Part shown: positions 46,749-57,424 of the stretch, piece after piece | Layout: every line of letters begins with the position of its first letter | Numbering within the stretch: position 1 is the first letter of the stretch | NCBI GenBank assembly: GCA_050123235.1 | Contig: JASFHL010000004.1 | Coordinates: forward strand, 40,558-104,557 | DNA from: Candidatus Woesebacteria bacterium | GTDB lineage: Bacteria; Patescibacteriota; Microgenomatia; UBA1400; PJMF01 | Length of the DNA: 64,000 nucleotides | Direction: 5' to 3' | Position numbers and translations under genes: made by a program | Notes under the pieces: generated by a model | Told to the model about the DNA's origin: nothing | The model's database searches: none | Seen by the model: only the letters and a program-made list of their open reading frames with translations

Positions 46749-47732
46749 CTAAAATAAATGTTCTTCAATAAACTGAGGCTTTTCCCCTACCTTAGCTGTA
46801 ATTACTTTTTTAACCAAATCTAAATTCTTCAAACGCTTTTCAACAATTGCTTCAAATTTGGGTAAAGTCATCACGTGAACATTAAAACCTGTATTAATTG
46901 TAAAATAAGCTTCAATCCCCTCTTTCCTCATTTTTTGCACTTCATGCATTACTTGAAGCGTACCGGGATACCAGAAAATTAAAGGTGGCTGACTAGTTAG
47001 TAAGATACTGTGAAACTCCAAAGCTTCTGCCTCAATTAATTCCCCCAATTTTCTAAAATCTCTATCTTTAATAGCATCTTTAATTTGAAATATTTTCTTT
47101 TTTATATTTTGTAACCTCGCTGGATAAAAAAGACTTGTACCAGCTTTTTTGTGTCCTGCTGTGCTCGAAACTTCTTTTCTACTAGTGCTCACTACCGCCA
47201 CCATATCTCTCAAATCCCAATGATTGGCTAGAAAAATTGTTTCTGAAAAAGATGTCTTAGAAGTGTTGCCATCTTTCCACTCAACAAAGCCAGCACAAGC
47301 GCAACGACAAGCAGTTCCAGAGGCTTGTCGCCCCAGAATACTTAATTCCTTTTCTGATAAATTTAAATCTAAAGCTTTACTAGCAGCATAAGTCAAAGCC
47401 GCCATCCCTGAGCCAGAACTTGATAAACCCGTGCTTCTCGGGAAGTTGTTTTCAGAAATAACTTTAGCAAAAATATTTTTATTAGCCAGTTTCCTAATTC
47501 TATTTAGTTGCTTGACCACTCTGGCTGCTTCTCTACCTTCTGCCTTTTTCCCTGCTATTTTAATTTCATCTGCTTTTAACTTGGAATCAAAATCTACAGT
47601 GGTAGTTGTTTCCAGACCAGCCAAAACCATGGAAATACTACCATTTTCTGGCAAACGCAAAATTTCATTTTTTTTCCCCCAATATTTGATAAAGGCAATA
47701 TCAGGAGATGCTTTGACTGTTGTTTTATGCAT
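46749..47732 (-). CDS. mvaD: diphosphomevalonate (or phosphomevalonate) decarboxylase, GHMP kinase family
   Basis: 'DIAFIKYWGKKNEILRLPENGSISMVL' N-terminal signature. Confidence 0.8.
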   Translation of the reverse strand: MHKTTVKASPDIAFIKYWGKKNEILRLPENGSISMVLAGLETTTTVDFDSKLKADEIKIAGKKAEGREAARVVKQLNRIRKLANKNIFAKVISENNFPRSTGLSSSGSGMAALTYAASKALDLNLSEKELSILGRQASGTACRCACAGFVEWKDGNTSKTSFSETIFLANHWDLRDMVAVVSTSRKEVSSTAGHKKAGTSLFYPARLQNIKKKIFQIKDAIKDRDFRKLGELIEAEALEFHSILLTSQPPLIFWYPGTLQVMHEVQKMRKEGIEAYFTINTGFNVHVMTLPKFEAIVEKRLKNLDLVKKVITAKVGEKPQFIEEHLF

Positions 47733-47773
47733 ATTCTTTTATTAAGCGATGTAAGAGTAATGAAGTTAGAGTT

Positions 47774-47910
47774 ATATTAAAAACAGAATACGTTCGCTGT
47801 AACATTTTTTTATTTTTAAAAAACTAGGCTCACTTGGTGAAGCTCGGCAGTATACAAAGTGCTAACTTAAATCTAGCTAGACCTCGCTTCAACACTCTGT
47901 TTTTAATATA
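47774..47910 (-). repeat. MITE-like palindromic repeat, full copy D (reverse orientation)
   Basis: Reverse complement aligns to core; TIR tatattaaaaacagaatacg / actctgtttttaatata. Confidence 0.75.
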
Positions 47911-47913
47911 ATT

Positions 47914-48921
47914 CTAATTCTCTAGCCTTACTCCCTCAACATCTAAATTTACTTTAATTAGTTTACCACCGGCGTTTTTCAGGCTAGCAGCAACTTTTTC
48001 AATCTTGGATTCTTCTGCTACAGCAATCATACAATCCCCTCCTCCAGCTCCAGACAATTTAGCTCCTGTTGCTCCAGCTTTTTCTGCTGCCCTAATCAGT
48101 TTTTCTAACTCTAAACTGCTTACTTCCAATTTTCTTAACAAAGTCTGATTTGCTTTCATTAAATCTCCTAGTTTTTTTATGTCGTTGCTTGCCAAAACTT
48201 TCTTAGCCTGTTCTACAATCCTATCAATTTCTTCAAAAACCTCCCCTATTTTCACTGGATTTTTATCTTTTAAGTTAGCAACCATTCTAATCAAAGTTGG
48301 AGTGTCAGCTTTAACGCCAGTATAGCCTACTAATAATGGCAAGTTCTTGATTTGAATTGTTTCCACCTTATCAGCTGGGGGCACATAATAGATTGTGCCT
48401 CCCCAAATTGCGGCTGCGAGATCAAAACCAGATCCTACGCCTTGTACCTCCAAAACAGCTTGATAACAAAGATCAAATAGCTCTTTTTTGCTTAAATTAA
48501 AACCATATAAAGTAGTTAATGCCTTAGCAAAGGCCACAGTCACAGCACTACTAGAACCAAAACCAAAAGAGCTGGAGAAATCACTCTTTGTAATCACATG
48601 AACACCCTTCTTCTGAGGATATTTTTCCAAAAAGCGTTTATACAAAGTTTCTACAAAACGCACAGACTTCGGAGGTTTTTTGCCCAAATCTGCTATTGTC
48701 TTAGAATAAATCTTTAAACCCAAATCAGGAGCTTCCAAAGAAAAAACATCATTTCCATTTTGTTTTACAGTCACAAATAGATGCTGATCTACAGCTGTCA
48801 CAATACAGGGATGGCCATGAACGACACTATGTTCGCCAAAAAGCATTAATTTTCCTGGAGCTGAAGCAGTGACTGCTTTCATAAGACATATATTATAGTC
48901 GTAAAAATTGGAGAAAATCAT
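47914..48921 (-). CDS. mvk: mevalonate kinase (GHMP kinase)
   Basis: 'SAPGKLMLFGEHSVVHG', GHMP motif 'GFGSSSAVTVAF'. Confidence 0.8.
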   Translation of the reverse strand: MIFSNFYDYNICLMKAVTASAPGKLMLFGEHSVVHGHPCIVTAVDQHLFVTVKQNGNDVFSLEAPDLGLKIYSKTIADLGKKPPKSVRFVETLYKRFLEKYPQKKGVHVITKSDFSSSFGFGSSSAVTVAFAKALTTLYGFNLSKKELFDLCYQAVLEVQGVGSGFDLAAAIWGGTIYYVPPADKVETIQIKNLPLLVGYTGVKADTPTLIRMVANLKDKNPVKIGEVFEEIDRIVEQAKKVLASNDIKKLGDLMKANQTLLRKLEVSSLELEKLIRAAEKAGATGAKLSGAGGGDCMIAVAEESKIEKVAASLKNAGGKLIKVNLDVEGVRLEN

Positions 48922-48966
48922 GCAAGTAAATTTTTAGCCGACGGCTCTCAAACTACTTGATTAATT

Positions 48967-49173
48967 TTAGTTTTTCTCATCACTCTTTCTCTGACCATTT
49001 CTCAAAACCTTATAAACAACTTGGACTCCCAGTTGTGTGGCAGCATCAAACACTCCTCTAACAATGATAACGTCTTTCCCTTTTCCATTTAAAATAACAG
49101 TCTGCTTATCTGGGCGCAAAGCATAGCGCCAAGCTTGTCCTCTCCAGTTTGAAATATGTTCCGAATTTCCCAC
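48967..49173 (-). CDS. hypothetical small protein (68 aa), possibly spurious or a remnant
   Basis: ORF track only. Confidence 0.2.
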   Translation of the reverse strand: MGNSEHISNWRGQAWRYALRPDKQTVILNGKGKDVIIVRGVFDAATQLGVQVVYKVLRNGQRKSDEKN

Positions 49174-49366
49174 AATACTCCTCTCTAAAGCTGGCCAGCA
49201 AAAATTGCTAAGTTAAAATTTTTAAAATATTAATTTTTTCCAAAGACAACAATTTAGTCGCTAAAAATTAAGAAAAACATTCAAAGTAATAAAGAAGCTT
49301 TGTCCTGTAAAGAGACAAGTTTATGCTTAATCTAAGTTTCTCAGACTGAAAAATTATCTTTTCTAT

Positions 49367-50173
49367 TTAAGAAAGAAGCTCCTTCAAATTCTTTTCCAAA
49401 CGCCCATCTTGCGCCATCATAATTGTCCACGGAACCAGCTCGATGGTTTTTTCCGATATATCAACTGTTTTGCCGCCAACCCTCTTTCTTAACTGAGTTA
49501 AGTTCATGGTTAGACTGTCTTTTGGATCAGGCATTTCAACTAGTCGCATTTTTGCTAATAATTCATTTAAATTAAACCAAGCTACTTCAGAAACCTCATC
49601 AGGATTAATCTTTACTTTGCCGTTGTATTTACCAATAAAAACTTTATCAATTTCATGTTCGGAGTATTGCTCATTACCATAAGCTTTATAAGAAAAAGTG
49701 TAAATAGGTTTTAATTGCAGCAATTTCTTTTTTGCTGTCTTCTCACTAAGGCCCTCTCTATCTTTTTGCCCATACACCGGTTTTTTTCCACCGCGCTTGC
49801 ATCCGCCATCAGCACTGTTATCCTTTTTACTATTTTCCCCCATCAAAACTTTTTCCATTCCCAATTCTTCTTTTAATCTTCTGAAAGCACAAGCTTTATA
49901 GCTCTCCCCCAAGCGAACATTGCCACAAATAGTATTAGCCCATAAACCAGCCCCTACAATTTTCTTCTTACTTCTTTTTTGAAATAAAACCTCTCCGTTA
50001 TCATTAATCAACCACACAGAAACAGCGCGATGCAATTTGGGAGGATTTTCATGTACTTGATATTTCTCCATTACTCCAATTTCACGATCATCCTGATCAA
50101 CCAGAGCTAGTTTTTCTTGAATTTTTGATTTCATAATCTGAATAATTGTAATATATTTGGATAATTTTAGCAT
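49367..50173 (-). CDS. idi: isopentenyl-diphosphate delta-isomerase type 1 (Nudix) with ~40-aa Gly/Lys-rich insertion
   Basis: 'LHRAVSVWLINDNGEVLFQKRS', Nudix box 'GESYKACAFRRLKEELGM'. Confidence 0.75.
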   Translation of the reverse strand: MLKLSKYITIIQIMKSKIQEKLALVDQDDREIGVMEKYQVHENPPKLHRAVSVWLINDNGEVLFQKRSKKKIVGAGLWANTICGNVRLGESYKACAFRRLKEELGMEKVLMGENSKKDNSADGGCKRGGKKPVYGQKDREGLSEKTAKKKLLQLKPIYTFSYKAYGNEQYSEHEIDKVFIGKYNGKVKINPDEVSEVAWFNLNELLAKMRLVEMPDPKDSLTMNLTQLRKRVGGKTVDISEKTIELVPWTIMMAQDGRLEKNLKELLS

Positions 50174-50274
50174 TGTAATAATTCATTTCTTATGGGGGTA
50201 AAGAAAAAATATATAAACTAGGGCATTGAGCTGTGCCCTGGTTTAATAAGATACTAGGTGAAACAAAAAACTAT

Positions 50275-50316
50275 TTTGCAGCGAACGACCCTAATTCTTA
50301 TATATTGTGAGAATGA
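50275..50316 (+). repeat. solo right-end fragment of the MITE-like repeat (ttgcagcgaacgaccctaa...)
   Basis: alignment to right end of copy B. Confidence 0.5.
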
Positions 50317-50365
50317 ATTAAAATTCTTCGCGATGTTTAAAGCAATTATGATAAAATAACCAGAT

Positions 50366-52720
50366 ATGGACAAACGCTACAACCATCTCCAGTTTGAAAA
50401 AAAAATCTATCAACTTTGGGAAAAAAACAATTGTTTTAACCCTGACTATTCCAAAAAAAAACAAGGCGACTCCGCCACTACAAAAAAAAACAAAAAAACT
50501 TTTACCATCATCATGCCCCCTCCCAACGCTAATGATCCTTTGCACATCGGTCATGCCATGTTTGTTAGCCTTGAAGACATTATGATCCGTTATCATCGAA
50601 TGCTCGGAGAAGATACTTTGTGGCTACCAGGAACAGATCACGCTGGAATTGAAACTCAATTTGTATTTGAAAAAAAATTAAAAAAACAGGGCAAGAGCCG
50701 TTTTCAATATGATCGAGAAACTCTTTATCAAAAAATTTGGGACTATGTCCAAGAGAACTCTGATGTAGCTGTTGATCAAATTAAAAAACTGGGAGCCAGT
50801 GCTGATTGGAGTAGATTTAAATTTACGCTTGACGAAGACGTAGTTGATTCCGTACTTGATTCTTTTGAAAAACTAAAGAAAGGAAAACTGATTTATCGTT
50901 CTAATAACTTAGTTAATTATTGTACCAATTGCGGAACTGCTTTTAGTAATCTTGAGGTCAAACAGCAAGAACAACAATCCCCACTCTACTATTTAAAATA
51001 TGGGCCCTTAACAGTTGCTACCACCAGACCAGAAACTAAATTTGCAGATATTGCTTTGGCTGTTAATCCTCAAGATAAACGCTATCAAAAATATGTTGGT
51101 CAGGAAATTAAAATTAACTGCCTGGCAGACGAAAAAGAAGCTCTTCAAAATGATCAAGTTCTCAAACTAAAAGTGATTGCTGATGAATTTGTTGATCCAG
51201 AGTTCGGAACTGGAGTAGTAAAAATTACTCCTTTCCATGATTTTAATGATTTTGAATTCTGGACTAAATATCAAAAACAACTGCCAAAGCCAGCCACAGC
51301 AATTGATTTCAATGGTCGTTTAACAGCGTTAGCCGGCAAATATGCTGGCCTTAAAGTACATATAGCCAGAGAACAAATCGTTAAAGACTTAAAAGAAAAA
51401 AAATTATTAATTAAAGTTAATGAAAAATATCAAAACAAGGTGGGCACTTGCTATCGCTGTGGCAAAGCCATTGAGCCTCTTCCCCTCCCTCAATTTTATA
51501 TCAAAGTTAAACCTTTGGTAAAAGCTGTCTTAAAAGCAATAGCTCAAGGAGAACTTGAGGTTTTAGGAGCTGGGCATGATAAGATTCTAAGACATTGGTT
51601 GGAAATTCTTGATGATTGGAATATTAGCCGACAGATTGTTTGGGGTATCAGAATGCCAGTTTGGTATGACATCAGCGAAAACTCAAACATTCAAATTAGT
51701 TTTATTGATAAAAATGGTCAAAAAGTTAGTGGCACAATTGGCGATTTACTAAAAGAAAGAACTACATCTACTACCACTAAAAGCTCTCAAGTAAATTTAA
51801 AAAATTCAAAAAAAACAATCTCCAGCAATAAACAAGGCTATTCTCTAACAGAAATCAATGCCGGACTTCAAGAATTGATGGCTCCAATTACTGCCGCTTA
51901 TAAAATTTCTAAAAAATCACCTGGTAAAAACTATATTCAAGAGACAGACACTTTTGACACCTGGTTTTCATCTAGCCAATGGCCTTTTGTAACTCTAAAA
52001 AATACTCAGGCTGGGGACTTTGAACGTTTCTACCCCACTCAAGTTATGGAAACAGCTTATGACATTTTAATGTTTTGGGTGATGAGAATGTTGATGATGG
52101 GAAAATTTATTACTGGTAAACTTCCTTTTAATCAAGTTTACTTACACGGCCTAATTAGAGATGCCAAAGGCCAAAAGATGAGCAAAAGTAAAGGCAATGT
52201 AGTTAATCCTTTGGAAATAAGCGAAAAATATAGCGCTGACGCGCTCAGAATGGCATTAGTAATTCGCTCATCACCTGGTTTAGACAAAGCTGTGGGAATG
52301 CCTGATTTTAAAGCAGCCAGAAATTTGAACAATAAACTTTGGAATGCTAGTAGGTTTGTGCTTTTGATACTAGAAAACAAGCAAGAAGCTGCAAAAAAGA
52401 ATGAAAAACAAGAAGAAGCTTTTGATAAAAAGCTGAAAAAACTGATCATCCAGATAAACCAACAACTTAAAAAACAAAAAATTGGTCTGGCAGCAGAGAC
52501 TCTTTATAATGAGTTTTGGCACTGGTATTGTGACCAAGTAATTGAAGAATGTAAAAAAGGGCAAATTTCTCAAGCAGCACTACTTAAAGGTTTGATTACT
52601 TTTCTCAAGCTCTTTCATCCTTTTTTACCTTTTATCACCGAAGCTATTTGGCAGGAATTAAAAAAGAAGAAATTAGTTAATGAAAAATTTTTAATTAGAG
52701 CTTCTTGGCCAGGGGTGTAA
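50366..52720 (+). CDS. valS: valine--tRNA ligase (compact, 784 aa)
   Basis: 'PPPNANDPLHIGHA' HIGH region followed by 'LWLPGTDHAGIETQ', 'KMSKSKGNVVNP' KMSKS. Confidence 0.9.
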   Translation: MDKRYNHLQFEKKIYQLWEKNNCFNPDYSKKKQGDSATTKKNKKTFTIIMPPPNANDPLHIGHAMFVSLEDIMIRYHRMLGEDTLWLPGTDHAGIETQFVFEKKLKKQGKSRFQYDRETLYQKIWDYVQENSDVAVDQIKKLGASADWSRFKFTLDEDVVDSVLDSFEKLKKGKLIYRSNNLVNYCTNCGTAFSNLEVKQQEQQSPLYYLKYGPLTVATTRPETKFADIALAVNPQDKRYQKYVGQEIKINCLADEKEALQNDQVLKLKVIADEFVDPEFGTGVVKITPFHDFNDFEFWTKYQKQLPKPATAIDFNGRLTALAGKYAGLKVHIAREQIVKDLKEKKLLIKVNEKYQNKVGTCYRCGKAIEPLPLPQFYIKVKPLVKAVLKAIAQGELEVLGAGHDKILRHWLEILDDWNISRQIVWGIRMPVWYDISENSNIQISFIDKNGQKVSGTIGDLLKERTTSTTTKSSQVNLKNSKKTISSNKQGYSLTEINAGLQELMAPITAAYKISKKSPGKNYIQETDTFDTWFSSSQWPFVTLKNTQAGDFERFYPTQVMETAYDILMFWVMRMLMMGKFITGKLPFNQVYLHGLIRDAKGQKMSKSKGNVVNPLEISEKYSADALRMALVIRSSPGLDKAVGMPDFKAARNLNNKLWNASRFVLLILENKQEAAKKNEKQEEAFDKKLKKLIIQINQQLKKQKIGLAAETLYNEFWHWYCDQVIEECKKGQISQAALLKGLITFLKLFHPFLPFITEAIWQELKKKKLVNEKFLIRASWPGV

Positions 52721-52756
52721 ATTAAGGTTATAATGCCTTTTAGAATTCTCAATTAA

Positions 52757-53224
52757 TTGTTTGGAATAAGTCATCTTATGAATCACCTGCTCTTCTCTAT
52801 TTTTATTTTTAGATTGGCAGTATCACTTAAAGTTTTTCTTTTCCGGCTCTTTCTAATTAAAATTCAACATCTTAAAATATTTTTTTTAACTCTTTTTCTA
52901 CTCTCTTCTCAGATCCTTTTATTACTCAATCAAGTAAAAACAAAAACAATTATCCCTTCAATAAATATACCAAAACAAAGAGAATCATTACTAAAACTCA
53001 ACTCTGTCTATAATTACCAGATAGAAAATAAAAAACAAACACTTAAATTAGAACTTGAGAAATATCAGGCTGCATTAGAAAAACAAGCAAATCATCGTGA
53101 TGTCTTGCTTAATCTGGCTATAATTAACTTAGAATTGGAAAACAAAGAAGAATCACAATCCTATTTGGAAAAAGCCAGGCAGCTTGATCCAAATAACGAG
53201 CTTTTCAAAAAAATAAAAGAATAA
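52757..53224 (+). CDS. hypothetical protein with N-terminal hydrophobic segment and TPR-like C-terminus
   Basis: ORF track. Confidence 0.4.
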   Translation: MFGISHLMNHLLFSIFIFRLAVSLKVFLFRLFLIKIQHLKIFFLTLFLLSSQILLLLNQVKTKTIIPSINIPKQRESLLKLNSVYNYQIENKKQTLKLELEKYQAALEKQANHRDVLLNLAIINLELENKEESQSYLEKARQLDPNNELFKKIKE

Positions 53225-53228
53225 CTTA

Positions 53229-53945
53229 CTATTTACCCTCTTTTTTCTCCTCTACAGCTTCTTTTTCTGTAGCTTTTTCTTCTGTTTTTTCTGCACTTGG
53301 TTCTTCTGTTTCAGCTTTAGCTTCTTTATCAGTCTCTTCCCCTTCTCCCTCTAATTCTTCTTCAACTTCCACAGGCTCCTCTTCTTCTTCTTTAACCTCT
53401 TGGACTAAAACCACGGGTGCTTCCATCCCCTCTTCTCCAATCACAATCTCAACTTTTTCTTTATCATACTCAAGATCAGCCAGAGTCACTGACTGCCCAA
53501 TTTCACTTAGTTTCTCTACATTTATTTCAAACTTTTCTGGTAAATCTGTAGGAAGAGCTTCTACTTCAATACTGTCTCTAACAGTTACTAAGACAGCATC
53601 TTTTACCTCAAATTCCCCTACTAGCTCTACAGGCACTTCTGCTTTTAATTTGTCTTTAAGATCAACTTGTTTAAAAACAACATGAATTAATCTACCCTTT
53701 ACAGGAGAAAGCTGTACATCATCTATCAAGACAGGAATTTGTTTTTTATCAGCAATTTGTAAATACACCAATCCTGTTTCACCCACTTTATCACTTAATT
53801 TTTCAAAAGCTAGAGTTTTAGCTTGGATTGCTTGAGATTTTTTACCAGGTCCATAAACATTAGCTGGGATTATCCCCTCTTCTCTGAGTTGCTTGTTTTT
53901 TTTAGCAGAGTCGCGCAAATCAACTTTAAAAACTACTTTATCCAT
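53229..53945 (-). CDS. rplY: 50S ribosomal protein L25 / general stress protein Ctc with acidic C-terminal extension
   Basis: 'MDKVVFKVDLRDSAKKNKQLREEGIIPANVYG' L25 N-terminus. Confidence 0.85.
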   Translation of the reverse strand: MDKVVFKVDLRDSAKKNKQLREEGIIPANVYGPGKKSQAIQAKTLAFEKLSDKVGETGLVYLQIADKKQIPVLIDDVQLSPVKGRLIHVVFKQVDLKDKLKAEVPVELVGEFEVKDAVLVTVRDSIEVEALPTDLPEKFEINVEKLSEIGQSVTLADLEYDKEKVEIVIGEEGMEAPVVLVQEVKEEEEEPVEVEEELEGEGEETDKEAKAETEEPSAEKTEEKATEKEAVEEKKEGK

Positions 53946-54356
53946 AAAACTTTCCTTTAAAATAAATAAAGATTCCTTAATTCATAATCAAGTTGTATTT
54001 AAACTTAAGAGTTAAGTTTGTCTTTGAAAAAAAGACACATGCAATTGTATCATATTTTTTCAAATAAAAATTTTAAAAACTAAGTGTTTTTTTAAAAAAG
54101 CTAATTAGCTCTATTTAAGGGTCTTTTTAAAGTGGAAGTTTCTTTTTAAAACTCTAATTTAATAATCAGATAAAAATGGCTTTTATTACACACTGGATAC
54201 TCATTTTTTTCACGTGCTGAAAAAACTTTGTTAAAAAAAAGGCTCATGGGTCAAGTAAAAACTTATGTTTCTCCAACTTACTTAAAAAAGGGCCTTTGTT
54301 ATAGAAAGATATGGTGGTTATTGAAAACCAAAACATTCTATTAACAGCTACAAATC

Positions 54357-57284
54357 TTATTCAAAACTCACACCAAAAAAAGCATGAGTTTTCTGATCAT
54401 CTTCAAATTCTATTACTTGACCATTTACCTGTGCTTTGGGAGCAATTAAACTTGGCTTTAGAGTCAATGGGTAAATTAAGAGGACAGGATGGCTTTTTTC
54501 TACTAAACCAGCTTGTTTCTGGCTAAAAAATAAATAGGAAAAGGGTTTTTCCAGACTTTTATTAATGCTATAAGAAATTTCTAGATCAGCTTCTTCTTGA
54601 GAGGGGACTTCTATTAAAACTCCAAAAACTTGTCTGCCCTTATCTTGATAACTTAGTATTTCTTGACTACTTAACTTGCTTTGATTAAAACTAATCTCTG
54701 CCAACTTAGCTCCTGAAGGAACAAAGAATCTTAAATAAGTTTTATAATCTCCTAAAGGCCACAAATTTGATCTAGAATTATTCTTAAACTTAATTTGACG
54801 TTTATGAACTATTCCTTGTTCATTCAATTTAATAATGTGTTTTGTTTCTCGATCAATATAATTATTTACCTGTTTGATATTTACATTTGCTTCCACTTGA
54901 TAAAAAGTGTCAATAAAACAATTGCTGCTAGCAAAATAAACTGGGCACTCTGGATCTACAAAAGCCCCAGACCAGGCAATATTATCAACTACCGATAATT
55001 CATTTTTATCTGAAAAATTAAGATAGCTTTGTTTTGAATCTAAAGAATCTCTAAAAATTTTCATTAAGATTAAAATCTTATCTTCTGCTGCATTTTGAAT
55101 TTGATAAATTACCCTTTTTAAAAGTAGAGTAGAGTAATCGCGATCTTTGGCATGAAACTCCAATCTCTCAAATAAATTTTTATCAGTAATTGTTTCATTG
55201 TTTTCTGGAATATTAATCGGCCCTAATTCCTTAATTAAATCCCTAATCAAAAAATAATTGACAGCCACAACACCATCAACTTCCTTTCCCAGAGATTCTT
55301 TTAAAAACCACTTACTATGTGAGGCTGTATTTATAAAATTCGGATCCCAATTGCTATCTCTGAAATAAAAGTTTTTCTCTCCTAAAAAATTAACAATTTC
55401 CACTGGGGGAGAGATAAAACCAGCCAATCTATTATCCACCTCATAGGAACTTAAAACTTGACTGTCAATTAAAACCCCTTGGTCAAAAGTTATTAATGCA
55501 ACCGCTTGAATAAAACCTCCAGTGGGTCTTAACTCTAAATTGTTTTGCAATAAAACGGCATAGGTTCTTTTACTTTTACCAGCAAAAACATTTAACAAAA
55601 TTGATTTTAATTGCTCAAAAGCAGCTGCTCTTTTTTTGTTTTCAGTTACTTTCTCTTGATAATCTTCAATCGTTTTTTGATTTTCAAGAGAAAAACTCTC
55701 AACGTTAATCTCTTTCATTTCTGCCTGCAAAAGAGAAAGCCCTTCATAATACTTTTTAGACAAGGCGGAAATATCATTAAAATTTTTATTTAAGTTGCCA
55801 TCTTTACGTCCCAAAACATACAAAGCCATTTCTTTTTTTGCTTGATTTAAGCTTTTTAAAGCCTCACCAAGTTCTATAATCTTATTAGAGATATTTACAA
55901 TCTTTGAAGACTCTTCTAAAGCTTCTGCGCTTAAAAAGGATTGGTAAAACCCAAGTTGTTTTTCTTGAAAACTTGTAAATTTAGATTTTTCTAATTCTTG
56001 CTCAACAACTTGATTTATGAGAAAAGAATCTGTTAGTAAGCCTATTAATGTTTTTTTTGTCTGGTAATTAGAAAAGTTAAAAGTAAATAATAAAAACAAA
56101 GGTAAAATACCTAGAAAAATAAAGGCAATTCCTCCCCAAAATAAGAATTTTTTTCTTTTACTTTTTTTGGTAATTTTCTTAATCTTTTGAAAATTACTAA
56201 CTGTTCTTTCTATCTTTTCTTCTAAACGATTTTCTTTAAAAATGTTTTTTAACTCATGATCAAGAGGATCAACAGCTTTGTCTTTGCTTATTGTTTCTTT
56301 TGCCTTGGACTTGATTATTTTAAGCTTATCTTTTCTCAAGATATCTTTTTTAGCTGCTCTACTAGAGCCTGTCTTTTTATTTACTGACAAAGCTAAGTCT
56401 AGCTCTTCTGGTTTTAAAACCTGTTTTAATTTGCTAGTAACTTGGAATATTTCTTGATTATTAAGATGAGAAAGCAAATCTAATTCATCAACTAAAGCAG
56501 GTAGTAAGCGAAGCTTTCCGTCAAGTAAACGGTTGATGTCTTCTTCTATTTTACAAATGATCATTGTCGATTTATCAAAGCTTTTTCTTTTAGCAAAAAG
56601 TTTCACAATTTTAAATTTTTGATCAAAGTATTGATAATAAAGTTCAGCTAAATCTTGACAGAGTTTAGTGCTAGACACAGCTTGCCCTTTAACTAAAATA
56701 TTTTTAGATTCATGAGGTTTTAAGATTTGATTTTTTATAGCTTTAAAAAACTCCTGATCTGAGTGCAAGTAAAAATCTATTTGAGGATTAAGCAAAATTC
56801 CTTTTTTAATTCCAGAAAATAAAAATCTTAAAGGATAAGAAATCTTTTCGTTACTTTCAACTAAATCTTGAGCTGTAATAATTAAAGCGTCCTTAAGTTG
56901 TTCTTGGCAGGTTTCTAAAAAAAACAACTCATCTTTGTATTTATCCTGCCAGTCTTTAAAAATTTTTTCACTTTGTTTTACTGTAGAACAAATTTTTGTT
57001 AGAATTATTTTTGCTTCATCTCTTGTCTTTAGAAACTCAATTATCTTGTTATAGAGTAGAGAATCGTAATCTGAAAATCCATAAATAAAAATAATTTTAT
57101 AAAAGTTTAAGTTTTTAAATTTTTGAAAATCTGACAAGTTTTTAAAAGTTTGTGGGGAAAGATAGCTTGCTTCAATTTCTTGTTCTTGCAAAAAACTTTT
57201 CAAGAATTCACTCAAAGCACAAGTTTCGGAAATTAACAGTATTTTTAAATTTTCTTCAGTAGATTGGGTAAGCAAAGAAGCCAT
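54357..57284 (-). CDS. large membrane-anchored protein (975 aa), DUF4012-like C-terminal domain
   Basis: single mid-protein TM 'FLFWGGIAFIFLGILPLFLLF'; C-terminal 'RPTGGFIQAV...FRDSNWDPNF' resembles DUF4012 as I remember it. Confidence 0.5.
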   Translation of the reverse strand: MASLLTQSTEENLKILLISETCALSEFLKSFLQEQEIEASYLSPQTFKNLSDFQKFKNLNFYKIIFIYGFSDYDSLLYNKIIEFLKTRDEAKIILTKICSTVKQSEKIFKDWQDKYKDELFFLETCQEQLKDALIITAQDLVESNEKISYPLRFLFSGIKKGILLNPQIDFYLHSDQEFFKAIKNQILKPHESKNILVKGQAVSSTKLCQDLAELYYQYFDQKFKIVKLFAKRKSFDKSTMIICKIEEDINRLLDGKLRLLPALVDELDLLSHLNNQEIFQVTSKLKQVLKPEELDLALSVNKKTGSSRAAKKDILRKDKLKIIKSKAKETISKDKAVDPLDHELKNIFKENRLEEKIERTVSNFQKIKKITKKSKRKKFLFWGGIAFIFLGILPLFLLFTFNFSNYQTKKTLIGLLTDSFLINQVVEQELEKSKFTSFQEKQLGFYQSFLSAEALEESSKIVNISNKIIELGEALKSLNQAKKEMALYVLGRKDGNLNKNFNDISALSKKYYEGLSLLQAEMKEINVESFSLENQKTIEDYQEKVTENKKRAAAFEQLKSILLNVFAGKSKRTYAVLLQNNLELRPTGGFIQAVALITFDQGVLIDSQVLSSYEVDNRLAGFISPPVEIVNFLGEKNFYFRDSNWDPNFINTASHSKWFLKESLGKEVDGVVAVNYFLIRDLIKELGPINIPENNETITDKNLFERLEFHAKDRDYSTLLLKRVIYQIQNAAEDKILILMKIFRDSLDSKQSYLNFSDKNELSVVDNIAWSGAFVDPECPVYFASSNCFIDTFYQVEANVNIKQVNNYIDRETKHIIKLNEQGIVHKRQIKFKNNSRSNLWPLGDYKTYLRFFVPSGAKLAEISFNQSKLSSQEILSYQDKGRQVFGVLIEVPSQEEADLEISYSINKSLEKPFSYLFFSQKQAGLVEKSHPVLLIYPLTLKPSLIAPKAQVNGQVIEFEDDQKTHAFFGVSFE

Positions 57285-57365
57285 AAGCAGTATTAATTAT
57301 AAAGCGAGTTCCAAATTAAAGCAGGATTGAAATAGTGATTTAAACTAGATATTATTTTTAGAAAG

Positions 57366-57412
57366 GAACATTGTTTTATAGCGAACGACTCTAAATTAAA
57401 GTATTATGAGTT
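57366..57412 (+). repeat. deleted/solo fragment of the MITE-like repeat (gaacattg...tttatagcgaacgactctaa)
   Basis: alignment to family ends. Confidence 0.45.
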
Positions 57413-57424
57413 TTAAATAACTCT

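Noticed and set aside
50318-50596. 92-aa minus-strand ORF and 63-aa plus ORF overlapping the valS start
   Set aside because: They overlap the 5' end of a well-supported valS reading frame (HIGH motif in frame) and have no independent support.
53946-54356. Hairpin tgtctttgaaaaaaagaca upstream of the DUF4012-like gene
   Set aside because: It has a short stem with an A-rich loop, no adjacent T-run on either strand, and lies in a 90% AT region where such palindromes occur by chance.
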